Origin: Callorhinchus milii
Lineage: Eukaryota
DNA length: 64,000 nt
Reading direction: 5' to 3'
Assembly (NCBI RefSeq): GCF_018977255.1
Contig: NW_024704745.1
Span: 53,196,001-53,260,000 of the forward strand
The notes beneath the pieces were generated by a model, which ran no database searches, was not told the DNA's origin, and saw only the letters and a list, made by a program, of their open reading frames with translations. The position numbers and the translations under genes are program-made. Shown here piece after piece: positions 24,001-36,041 of this stretch (its first letter is position 1; each line of letters begins with the position of its first letter).

Positions 24001-27000
24001 CTCTTATCTCTTTGCCTTCACCCTTGACTCGAGGACCACTGCTGTCCCCTAGAGGATAGAGTTTAAACCCCATCCTCTCCGTCAAGGCCCTCCACGGCCT
24101 TGCTCCTTCTTACCTCTGCAACGTGCTGATCCATTATCAACCTGTCCACTCCCTCTGCTCAGCAGGCTCCATGTTCACCACCTGGCCCGCCCAGCCAGCC
24201 CCACCATTGGCAGTCGGGCCTTCAACCTCTCTGCCTGCACCCTTTGGAACTAAATCACACATTCTCCTCACCTCACTCCCTCCCTTGGTTTCCTTCAAGG
24301 TGCGTCACAAAAACACCTTGTCTTTGACCGCCCTCCTACCCTCCCTGCCCTCCCCGATCCAGAACTCCAGCTCGGGTCCAAATCCCTGATTGTCCAGCGC
24401 CTTGAAACGTCCTCCCTACGTGAAAGGCGCTAGACAAATATAATTTTGTATTGTACTGAATTGTAAGAGTGACACTTTATCCAACCACTTATTGAACAAC
24501 TGAGCAAATTCCCTTTAAAGTATGCTCGGAGGTTCAAGCAGACAATCGTAGGACTTGAACCATTTTCTGACAATAGTTTTGTCGCTACAAGGCACAAGAT
24601 AGCAGGTCTGGCCTCTGCGTTACCTGTCGAGAGGTGGGAGCTGTAAACCATCTTAGAGCTCATATCAGAATGCTATAACCTCTGTTCACTGATAAGCAAG
24701 GAAATTCCATTTACTATGAAATGCAAAGATTATTTATTATTAGCTTATCCCCCAATTCCTTATAAATAGTGAAATAAGTCAAAGTATTTGAGCTCTTAAA
24801 GTGCTTTATGTTTGTTCATAATAGTTAGTATTGGATATTTACACCATGAAAGTTAATGATGATGTTTAGCATTCAGTGGGTTAAACGTCCTTTTTGAATT
24901 GAGAATCATCGTGCTCCGTGTTGATCTTTCTCCCTAAAGTCTCCCCTCTATAAATATCTCGCAGTTTTGTTTATGAGGACCTCCAAAGCCACGGGATTGA
25001 TGTGAGTAATGTGATTGTTCATTCAGGATCTTTCTTCCCAGCCTCCATTATCATCAGCAACATATCAAATGGCTCCCGCACAATCCTCCACAAGAACAGG
25101 TTTGTATATCATTGGGAAAAAGATTCAGCTTGAACTTGGGAAGCAAATGGGTTTCATGTCATGCTGTATGTTGAAGCTTGTTAAGCTTTACCACAGGATT
25201 CCTTCCCGAATTGTTTCGGAAGGATCCATTGCTGCAAGATTCCAGCATTCCTCATGTATTGTCACCAGGATTATTTAGCATATTGGTGCCATTAAAGTGT
25301 AGGAGAACTAATACTCAAATCAGTATGTCATTTGTCTGATGTACTTAATTTGTCACTTCAAAACAAAGCTCAAAATGCTTTTCTCCAAACGCAGGTTTGG
25401 AAGGACAAAAATCTAGAATTATACCACTGGATTTTTCAAATTCAAGCGTGAACCATATTAAAAATGTTACACTGCAACCAATACCTGATAACAATACAAC
25501 AGGAAGCTGTTTCAGAAATCTTGGTGATGTTCATTGGACTGGAGCTGGGACAGAACTTCCGTTTCTCACACATTTCATTCCTGTAAGACATTGGCCTCTA
25601 TTCAATGGTAATCTATCCCAGTAACAGTTCCTGTGAATGGAAAGTCTGTGTGCTGGAGGCTCAGTTCGGCATTCCCTGCACTAACAATGGTACCTGTACT
25701 TTTGTCCCCTGCCTTCTTGTTGAAGGTCACATAAAATGGAGGTGAGAAAGATGATTACCTGAGAGGAAAGAGGAGTCTAGCCCAATGCAGCTGGTTCCCT
25801 TATCTTTTTGCTTTTCAAAAACAGTCGAGTAAAATCCCATTTTCTCTCACCTTTCTGTTTCCTTGCCCTCAATCCTTGCTGAAGCTTTATAACAGACGAC
25901 TTTCAAAAACGTGGCATTGACATCTGCAATGTGGCATGGCAGAGTGTGGGAATTACTCCCTGTGCTTGCTGCATCGTCAACTCCTCCAGCGGCTCCCGAA
26001 CCGTGGTTCTTTCCGACATGTAAGACTCACCCTTCAAATGTCACACACTTAAAATGTGCCAATGCAGAAATGCTCTTTTCAGGCCAGTTAACACTAATAA
26101 CTCACTTTGTTCAACTTGCAGCCAAGTCCATTGTTTTATGTCAACTGCACATTTTGCAGTTAAATTTGCATTTTGCCGAGCAGCCTACCTGTGACAACAC
26201 CTGGAGAAAGTGGATTCAAGAGTATGCAATTTTACACACTTTAGATTTGTCATACACGCTAACCAATAAAAAAAATTACAGCTCTGCTTTGATCAGACAC
26301 AAATACAACATTTAGGGACTGGACACCAATAAAGTAATGGAACACAAGCTCACAACTTCCCCTACATCACCGGCTGGTATGGATCTAAGCAGAGGTCAGG
26401 AGCTTCCTCAGAACAGTGGAGCCTAATTTCCGTGATTAGAGCGGGCACAAAATGAATTGGACTCTTGCCACCGCCCTTACCTCTCCCCCACGGTCTCTTA
26501 GAAAAACGCAGGATCAGCCTAGGAACTTTTAATAAGACCATTTTATAAGCCAAGACTGGATGATTTCAGAAATCTGGATTTTAATAGCCTCGATGCTTGT
26601 GGAGCAGGAAGTATTGACCAAACTTTCCAGTGCACCTTGCCTGCTTCTCACAAATCCTGCAAGCTCCCACCTTTTGTTTTGATCAGCCAGGTGTCAGATG
26701 GCTGGGATTATCTAATGAGCACTTGAGTAAGGTAGGAGAGGATGCCCAGTATTGTGGAATTGTGCTCCAGTGATATAAATATTATTTAAAAAAGTCAAAC
26801 ACCTACTGGAAATGAAGAGGAAAAATTGGAGAGAGAAAATAAAAAAAATCACTGGCTTTCAGATGTATCCTTCTGCTTCTGCAGATGTAGCAGCTGACTG
26901 GCGTCTGGTGTCTTGCCACAGATAGCAGGGCTAAAGTACTGTGAATAAGATGCCATACTTGCTAGACGAGCAGAGTTGGAGTGAGGGAGGGGAGTGCAGG

Positions 27001-30000
27001 AAATTTCTAAATAACAAGGAAAAGAAAGTTGGAGTGTTGTTGTCGTTACTGGGAGTGGAAACAGGGTTAGTATTGCTCGTGAGCTACTGTCAGGAAATGT
27101 GTCTCAGGGTGTAAACTATTTTTTGCAGGGAATATCATGATACTTGAGCCTTACTGACGAAATCTCAACCCCCAACACCTGAGAGCTGTGGTTTTGTGGG
27201 TTGGTTGGCATCAAGTTGAAAACACAGTTTATCTCCTGAGGCACCAATGTCATTACAATTCTCTCAGGAACCTTTTTTCAACTCCAGTGGATCTCAATAT
27301 TAAAACTTCTACACTTTATGCACATGAAATTGCTGGGTATGTGTAGGTAATTGGGCTCCGCTGATGGTTCATTGCGTAAATGCACCACATGGTGTAGCAC
27401 CACATTGGTTGACGAGGTGCCATCTCCGGATTGTGCTGAGTTGGCTGTTCTCACTTGGAATGTGATGGCTCTTGAGGTGATCTCACTGAGCTTCACTGTC
27501 TAGACTCAACCATCAAAAAATACCACTTGAATTTAGTATTGTGGAGCTGCTGGTGTCTGGATATGTCAGGGGGTGGTAAATTGCTTGTGTGGGGGTTTCT
27601 GGTTGCAGACTTGCAGGACTGCTTAAAATGCCAAATACCTTTCACATGAATACAATTGAAAATAAATTGGAATTTCTCCCACTTTACATCTTTCAGCAGG
27701 AAATCCTTGTGAGGATTATAGGTGTCAAATATCATATTATTCTACTTGTAAATATCTAAAACCTCAAAACAGAACATCATCATTGCTCCAGTTCAGCTGT
27801 TGGTTTCAAGGCATTATTTAAGGCCATAAAGTGAAAGAACAGTGATATCTTGGGGATCATTTCTGGAACCTATGTTAAAGTCTTTCTGCTTTGGCACACC
27901 TCAGATGCTTACAACAGTGCATGACATTGAGATCAAATCACCTTTAATAAACAATTCAAAAATTACTTCAAATAATTGTTTATGAAATAAATCTCTAATT
28001 CACATAACTTGCATTTTAATAATGAAAATAAAGTTAAATTCTGCCACTTTTTCCAGTCAAATATTTCTTCCTTTTGCCGTTTTCAAACTCTGGGTCGAAC
28101 GTGTTACAAAGGGGACATGCCACCTCTATGGTGTGTTACATAAAACCATTCTAACCAACTTGTATCAATTAATACTGCACTGGGAAACTGTTCCCTTTGT
28201 GTGGTTTCCATTAAACTTTCATCTGATTTCAGCTTTGAATGTCATTCTGCATTTGGAAAGAAGCACTTGGAGCCACTTCAAGCATCTTCCTGTTGAGCAT
28301 TTTGTCAGGCGTCTTTTTCCACAGTGAGCTGAATTAATTGTTGACCAAGGAAGCTGGCTCCACTTCAAACATGAACAACCAAGTGCTTTCTCTGGGCCCT
28401 TTCACTTTGCTGTGACCTTCAAACTCTGCGCCCAATTACAGCTGAATTTAGTATCCCAAATCCAGTCATGTGTTCATTTGATCAGTGAGAGCCGGAAAAT
28501 AATGAGGCCTCGGCACTAGATTAACTTTAAAATGTGCTGGAAGTTTAAATTTGGGTTCATGGAATTGACCCTGATCACAAGTTGCAGCATTTCTGGACAA
28601 CACTGGGTGAAGTCCTGTTTATTTTCCAGGGTCAGGGTTACATCCATACAACAGATATCACAGCTGCACTGATCTTTGTAGATTAGATTCCTGTCAAGCA
28701 CTGCCACCCACTTCAAACTAAACGCTGTGTTACATGTTTGATGAGGGTTTGTTTATGCCAAGCTGCTCCTCCTCTTTCTCACCTCTCCCCTTCTCCATCA
28801 CTCCTCTCCCCTTACCCCCTCTCCTTCATTCTTCTTCTTCACCTCTCCTCCCATCCTCTCCTCTCCCCCTTCTCCCCTACTCTCCTCCTTCATTCCTCCT
28901 CTCCTCTTTCTCTCCTCTCCTCCTTTCCTCCCCCCTTCCCCTTTTCTCCTTCTTTATTCCTTCACTCCTACTCTCCCGAAGGTGTATTTCTGACTTTTAG
29001 TAAGTTGTGGTGCCAGCAGTCCTCCAAATTCTAAACCAGTGGCCATCCTTTTTGTACGACCCCAAACAATGAGTATCAGGAGGCTGTTTGACTGTGGAGT
29101 ACATCACAGCAGAGCCTGATCCTGTTTTCACCCAATGTCAACTCCCTAGATGAGCTCAACTGTAGCAACCCAGCTGAGATCAACAATTTAGAGAAAAAAA
29201 TCCCCACCAAAAGCGGCAGCCTTAAAGAAAAGTCCAGACACATGAAAGAGAATTCTCTAATTCCTTCCATGGTATTTGGTTTTAATTGTGTTTCTGTGAA
29301 ATTGCTGTTTTTCCGTTGAATCATACAAAACTTGTTCTGTGTGAATAAATGTGCATCAAATGTATTTAAATGAATAACAGTAAATCTGCATGATCCTTAC
29401 TTAGATTGGCAATGCAATTTTGTTGCTGGTATATTTTTCCCAAACAAATATTTTGGGTCTAATTTGTACACTGCAAAATTGGTGGTTTGTGTTAACCATG
29501 TAGAAACTCATGTGTACAGAGGAAATTGCAGGCTTCCTCAATTTTTTACTGAACAACCAATGAAAAGGGTTAATGGGGATTGTCTGAATTGTTTACATAA
29601 CTAAGGGCAACTGTAGCGTTTGCACATGGTTAACCCAAACGGTAAATGAGATCCCCAATGCAATTTTAACTTGTATAACGCATTCATCGTCACAGATGTA
29701 CTCACAAAATACAACTTGTCCTGTTTATAATACAGGGCTACGACAAGTCATGCAATGTATTGAAGTTGTATTAACCCGTGGTTGTGCTTTAGGAATCTGC
29801 CCGATGTAACTATAGAGGATTTTAAGAAAGTTGATCTCTCGCAATTCAAGTTGATTCACTGGGAGGTAAGTAAACTACAGAGTTATGGGGCAGGGCAGCT
29901 AAATGGGACTGAAAGGAATGCACTTTAAAGAGCCAGCACAGATACGATGGGCTGAATGGCCTTCTTTTGTGCTGTAATTTCTATGGTTCTACAGTGAGTA

Positions 30001-33000
30001 CAACCAAATTTATTTGGGCACCTCAATAATGAGTACAGCTCACTGCAGTTTGCAGGCCACTTTTTCATCTGATTGTTATTTGAAAAAGATGGTGATCAAA
30101 ATCCTAATCTCATGAACCAGTCATTAAAAAGGGTAAAACAATCCATAAGTTCCAGACGTGCCTCCTCCATTGGCTCGACCAGCAATGCTGGAGTGGTTGT
30201 GGAGAAGTAGCACTCTTATAAACATCGTTTGGAGATGTCCGAAAATTCGTAGTCCCACTACGATAAACATCTCTGTTTGTTAAAGTGGACTTGTGATCTC
30301 TCACTATGCCTCTTTGCAAAGCCTGCCTTGATGGGGTTTATTCTCCCGCAGTTGGGACATTCATTAACCTAAGATGTAGAGTGTATGTAATGCCATTTAT
30401 GCCCACTCTCTGCTAAAGGTCAATACGTTTACCCGTGACAGGAGAATAGCCCTGGTGTGTTTGAAACAAGGAGTGAGTCACTGGCACAGAAGACCGTTGC
30501 TGGGAAAGACGGATCTAAAACAAAGGAGTTATGTGATCATTAAAATATCTGGCTTTAGGCAACCAAAAAACTGACCTGGTTAAACAAGGGTATTTTGTTT
30601 AATAGCTTGTGTGAGAAATGGAAAATGTCACAATGAGGGAGGGGGAGAGAGGCCCTTCTGAATTTGAGCCTGAAGAATGTTGTTTTGGAGTCAAGCAGAG
30701 GAATTCTAGACCTAAATGTATGATCCCTGACCTGGGAGTGCTTGGTGCTGTCATGAAGTGTCTAGAATGGGAAATGGTTCCATTTCCCTCCATCCTTGAT
30801 GAGCACAAGATTCATCATAGTAAATATTTAAAAGATTTTATTGAATTGATCTCTCCCTAACATTGGAATTCGCATTTTAGAACTCAACAACTTTAAATCG
30901 CCTCTTGTTATCTCACTTCAGCGCCCATGTTCATTCATTTGCTTTTATCTCTCTTCCTCAAGTCGACTGGAATTTGACATATTTAAACAAATGTCTCACA
31001 CCCTCTTGTCCAGTTTAGACCACGTTTTATCAGCATTTCACAATCTTAATGACGCATCAACGACCTCAAGTACAGCATCAGTTTTAATTTTTTTCTTGTT
31101 CTGGTCCCACTTATGACTCCATCCTGTAAATGCAGATTGAAACATCTAATTAATTTAATGAACTTTTTAGCCATATACAGCATCCTTTGGGTACCCAGAG
31201 GTGATGTTACTGAGCACACTTTGCAGCACTACCTGCAGGTAATTTTTGATCCTACAGCTTTGGCTCTGAGCTATTGAATTCTTGGTTATGAACATTTTAA
31301 TTGTTTGTGATCGTTTCACGCCTCTGCCTCTGCACAGAACAGTAAAACATCATCTATTGGTATCACTGCTAATTCTCTTCCCAGGCTTTTATCACTGCTG
31401 TTCCTGAGCTGACCAACAGAGGGTGATGTTATTTGACTTGCCTTCTGTCTGACTATTGGGGAATTCAGCTGGGCTTGTATCAAGAACTCGTTGTGTGTTA
31501 AAATAGTAGCTGCTGCCCCTTTCACTTGTGTTACACAGAGTGTATTCCTCATCCTAAAGCAGGATATTTGTGGGATGAAGTTTCATGTCAGTGAGCGACA
31601 TTGTGTGGCAGTGTTACTGTTTTGAAAAATAACATAGTTTTGGCTGGCTCTCCAGTTGGCAGAAAGCTGCCTACAGATGAGACATTGAACAGTGGTCCCA
31701 TCAGCAAAAAGAGAAGGGAGTTTCTCCTGTTGTCCTGGCCAACATTCTCCCAGATCACTTCATAGTTATTCATAGGACACTGCTGTTCTAAAACTGGCTG
31801 CTGCATTCGCCTACAAATACACAATCTATACTTTATTTGTTTAGGTGGAGTCCTGTAGCTCAATAATTAGACCACTCGCCTTGCAAGCGAGACACCTGGG
31901 TTCAATTCCAGGCAGGACGAAACCTTGGGCAAGTTCCTTACCTCCACACCTAATAATAATCCCTCCAAAAAACTAAAAGAATTAATAAATTGGTCATTTT
32001 TAATCCATGACTGTTTGTGGGAAACTGCTGTGCACAATTGGCTGCCACATTTCGCCCACAAATATAGTCAATTCACTTCACAGTCTATTCTGTGAAGCGC
32101 TTTGAGACGTCTAGAAGATATGAAAAGCGCTATATCAAATACAAGGATTATTACTATTATTATGGCAATTTACCTTTGATGTGCTTTGAGATGTTTTGAT
32201 GTTTTAAGCCTTGTATCAATTACAAGGATCATTTTTATAACATGTTTTAATTGATGTATAGGGCAGAAATGCATCGGAGCAGATTGGTATGATACAGCGG
32301 GTGGTGCAGTATAATGCTACTGTGCCAGCAGAGTGCCGAATCACCATCTCCGTGGAGATTGAGAAACCAAGGCAAGATCTCTTCTCACTCTTTGGACACG
32401 GAGATGTGGTAAGTGGAAATTTACATTATCAGTATTGCAAGGGGAACGAGATGTATTAAAGACTTTTGTTAACTTGGAAGGGAGAAGAGCTGCAAAAGCT
32501 TTGTGTAATTCTTTGTCATGTGATCCTTCTTTGAGGCTACGGCAGCGGGGTCTTAGAATTATGCAGCGCAGAAGGAGGCCACTTGGCCCATTGTGTCCGT
32601 GCCGGCTCCTTGAAAGAGCTGTCCAAATTAGTCCCACTCCCCCACTCTCAAAGAAGAGCTAGGAGCTGAGCTGGTTCCAAGGTAACATGCTTGGCAATGA
32701 AACAAATTAATCAAGTCATCCTTCTGTGATGGTACCTGTATTTTGGTTCCTGAGCCAGGTAGGTGCATTGTATCCCAGAGCACCGCTGATGACAGTGCCA
32801 GGTTGGCTCATCAGTAGGGCGAGGAAGGGCAGATCAGTCACTGGTGGCAGAGATTATTCCCACTCAGCTTCTGTTAACCCTGTAAGACAAAGCCTTAATG
32901 TACAAGGTGGTCCTAGCTGGATAAGCAGTGGGTAGATTGCTAGTTAGCATTTTGAGTGGCAAGGTATGAGGTTTTACCTCGTTAAACTCCAGCAGTACAC

Positions 33001-36000
33001 TAACACACACTTTGGCTTGGCTCCGGCCAACCTGGGCCTAATATTCCGGGAATTAGATAAGTAGGATGCATCCCTCCAGAGAGAGTACACGTTCCATTCC
33101 AGACACAGGGAAGTTTAGTGTGTAGATGACATGCAGATGTGGAACTCTCAGTCACATTGATTACTCTTAACTATGATGATGGGTATCTGCATGGGTCGGG
33201 CACTTGGCTGTCCAAAACACATTACCATGGTGACATCACACACAAAGAACAGAGTGCTGTTACAGTATAAATTAACAAACCTTTCTGAATTGGTGCTCCA
33301 GTAAAAGATACCTGGGCTTGGCCAAGGAAGGAACTGCTGTTTAGAACCCATCTCAGAATAACTAACGACTGGAGCAGGTTTCCAGGAACAGTGTTTGAAG
33401 CCAGGACACTGGACTTATTTAGGAAGCAGCTTGATGAGGTGATGGGAGGGAGGAGGGATAAGATCAGTCTGCCCGAGGAGCCTTCTACATCCAGACTCAT
33501 CTTTTGATCAGAGAAATCTTTATTGGATCTTAAAAAGGTGTAGAGAATGTCATCGTGAACATTCATTTTGGCATTTAGGGGCCCATTTTATCTAAATTTA
33601 CATGAACCGTTGAAAAAAGTAAAAGATGCCAGTGTAATCATTCCTTGTATTTCAAGATTTTTTTTTGTGTGTACATCTTAGGTTTTTGTCAGTAAAGATG
33701 TTGCAGGACACTTAGGGTACAAATCAGCACCTGAAGCAGTGAAAAAGCTTTACAGCCTTGTGAAGCCTGGGTGAGTACTATCGGATTCCAAATTTCAACT
33801 GCGTTAGTTGTCATCTTGCATATTGATGTAAACAGGACTTTATTACCACATTATCACATTACACTGTTCAACAACTGAACTCAGCTCAGAGAATCTGGAT
33901 ATCACAGCGTAAACACTGCACTTCATTTTCTCATAGTGCTATGGGATGTTTAACATTCACCTGAACAGGCAGATAGGTCCTTGGTTTAATATCTCATCTG
34001 AAGGACAGCACTCTGACACTCATACCCCCAGCACTGCATTGGAGTGTCAGCCTAGACTGTGATTTCAAAGTCCTGATGTGGGACTTAAAGCCACAACCTT
34101 CTTAGAGGTGAGAGTGCTACCAACTGAGCCAGAATGGCATATTTCCTTACATACTTATAAGGGTCTAATTCAGAAGATTCCTCGAGTATTGACTCCAAAT
34201 TAATTGAATGTGCTGAGGATGGACACTCCCCTCCACCCCACCTCCCACCCTACCCCCCTAAACCCCCCAACCATTCTTCATACCGATGTCCTGAAGCCAG
34301 GTATCCCATTTATTTTCCAGCTCATAGCCTTTGACTGCTGGTTAGTGAGATTACAGCTTTATTCTGTCTTAATAAATCTATGAGCCCAGTAACCGGCAGT
34401 GGGAAGACAAACATATATCCCCAATTTAGGAAGCTGGCGTTGAGGGGGCGTAAGGAGACATTATGTTCAGGGCACATCTGGATAACACATAGTTGATAAG
34501 AATCTCATAATTTAGTCTACAAGTTGCACCTCATTGTTTTAAAACATTTCAGTGTGATAAACTGTGCAATGAAGTGTATGTATATTTCACCTTTGGCTAT
34601 CAGGCCTTCAGCTTTTCTGCCCCCACCTTCTGGAACTCCAGCCCAGAATTCCTCCTCCTCGTCTCTCACCCTTACCTCCGACAAGACCCATCTCAAGACT
34701 TTCCTCTTCGACTGTGCTTTTAGCCACCCTTCCCACCACCCCCCCACCCCTCTTCATTCCAATCCTTAACTGTCCAGCGCTGCACGGTTTCTGATGTGAA
34801 AGGATTTATTATAGTCATCGGCAACAAATAAGATGTAACCTTTTTTAAAATTGTATGGTTTGACTGTGCCTTGTTTATCCTCGATAAAAACAAGCTGACA
34901 TTTACAGTTAGATGGAGGATGAAAATTTGATTGAAAGCTAAGGATGACATCGTTGTGATCTCTTCTGAGCGTGTTAAAGGTTTGTGTAGTTGGCTAGCTT
35001 TCCTGTTTGATTTCAGTGCCTACCTGATCTGTGCATGGGCTGAAAAAGGAGCTGATGCCTGGGGCCCTAATGGAGCTGTTCATTCTGATGCTTTTCCTCC
35101 TGAAAACCTTGTGGATACTCTGGGAGCTGGAGATACCTTCAATGCTGCTGTATTATTTTCACTATCCACTGGTGAGTGTCTTTCAGATGACATTGATATA
35201 ATACTGGGCTTTCTTTATTTTTTTTTGTGTCAGTTTCTTTTTAGGAAAATAAAAGACTTGCTCAAAGTGTTGATTTTGTTCCTGCAAGTTATTTCGGGTT
35301 TGTATTGTTTTCTGGTGATTTTGAAGACACTACTGTTGGATGCTTAAACCTCCACAGTGTTGCCCCATTGTTTAAGTGGGATATTTTAATTGAGGAACCC
35401 CGAAGTATGTCACTCAAACTCACAGGAACGCCATCGATTTGCAAACTAATTTTAGTGCAGAGTTTAAACTGCTTCCAGTTATTTGTAGGAGTTCCGCATT
35501 TTAATTTCAGGATTAAAGAATCATGTTAGTTGCCACATTTTAGACCCAATGATCCTGATGCCCTCAAACAGCTTTCTGAATAAAAGAATAAAAGAAGTAC
35601 ACTTTTCTAAAAACATGGATTGATAAAAATTAATTTGGTATCAGCCAATAATCACTTGTTTGCAGCACCTCGCCCCTGAGTGAGAAAGTTGTGGGTTCAA
35701 ACAATCCACCAGGTAAAGAATTGGTCATTCACTACATGGGACGTTGCTGGGTGCAAATTAACTACTGTGTTTACCCACACACACATAGTTGCTAACTACA
35801 CATTACAGAAAAAATCTCTGTGAAACACTGAGACGTTTTGATGTAACACAATGTTTCGAGTTCAAGGATATTATTTTACATAATATGATGTGGAAGATGT
35901 AATGTGTCCATCATGTTGCTAATGTGTATTTACATGGGCTGTTGTTTACTGACAGGCAAGTGCATACAGGAGGCACTGACTTTTGGCTGTCAAATTGCTG

Positions 36001-36041
36001 GGAAAAAATGTGGCATTCTAGGATATGATGGAATTGTCTAA
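17922..36041 (+). CDS. KHK: Ketohexokinase (fructokinase, PfkB family), spliced CDS join(17922-18019,19617-19733,[24965-25099 or 25885-26019],29793-29865,32262-32408,33682-33770,35017-35171,35956-36041) = 900 nt, 299 aa
   Basis: All exons are bounded by AG/GT and their phases join. Translation [56 protein letters not shown]...[18 protein letters not shown]...[13 protein letters not shown] matches recalled vertebrate KHK, including the PfkB motifs GGNASN and DTLGAGD. Confidence 0.97.
18371..18660 (+). mobile_element. Same SINE family, A box deleted
   Basis: Colinear with 15775-16094. Confidence 0.9.
19617..19733 (+). CDS. KHK: KHK exon 2, 117 nt ([39 protein letters not shown])
   Basis: Acceptor tattag| and donor GA|gtaagt; near-identical to recalled human exon 2. 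Confidence 0.96.
23795..24455 (+). mobile_element. Internally deleted L2 LINE fragment
   Basis: [10 protein letters not shown]...[17 protein letters not shown] followed by the 3' tail. Confidence 0.85.
24965..25099 (+). CDS. KHK: KHK alternative exon 3A-like, 135 nt ([45 protein letters not shown])
   Basis: Acceptor ctcgcag| and donor AG|gtttgt; open frame, phase 2-2; GSRTIL motif as in the human KHK-A exon. Confidence 0.9.
25885..26019 (+). CDS. KHK: KHK alternative exon 3C-like, 135 nt ([45 protein letters not shown])
   Basis: Long polypyrimidine tract with gaag| acceptor and AT|gtaaga donor; VAWQ..G.TP..CCI motif diagnostic of KHK-C. Confidence 0.93.
28765..28977 (+). repeat. Polypyrimidine (CT/CCT) low-complexity tract
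   Basis: Direct inspection. Confidence 0.9.
29793..29865 (+). CDS. KHK: KHK exon 4, 73 nt ([24 protein letters not shown])
   Basis: Acceptor ctttag| and donor GAG|gtaagt. Confidence 0.95.
31847..32163 (+). mobile_element. Full-length SINE with tRNA-Ala(TGC)-like head
   Basis: Anticodon arm CTCGC-CTTGCAA-GCGAG, B box GGTTCAATTCC. Confidence 0.92.
32262..32408 (+). CDS. KHK: KHK exon 5, 147 nt ([49 protein letters not shown])
   Basis: Acceptor gtatag| and donor GTG|gtaagt. Confidence 0.95.
33682..33770 (+). CDS. KHK: KHK exon 6, 89 nt ([30 protein letters not shown])
   Basis: Acceptor tcttag| and donor GG|gtgagt. Confidence 0.95.
35017..35171 (+). CDS. KHK: KHK exon 7, 155 nt, with the catalytic GAGD anion-hole motif
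   Basis: Acceptor tttcag| and donor G|gtgagt; [51 protein letters not shown]. Confidence 0.96.
35956..36041 (+). CDS. KHK: KHK last coding exon ([27 protein letters not shown])
   Basis: Acceptor tgacag|; TAA at 36039-36041. Confidence 0.95.

Noticed and set aside
19734-29792. A third KHK exon-3 paralogue
   Set aside because: Scanned by eye for another 135-nt exon with a GSRT-like motif and found none; a tBLASTn would be definitive.
31847-31920. tRNA-Ala gene (also 15775, 46672, 59774)
   Set aside because: The tRNA-like head has no proper acceptor stem and continues into a SINE body and tail.
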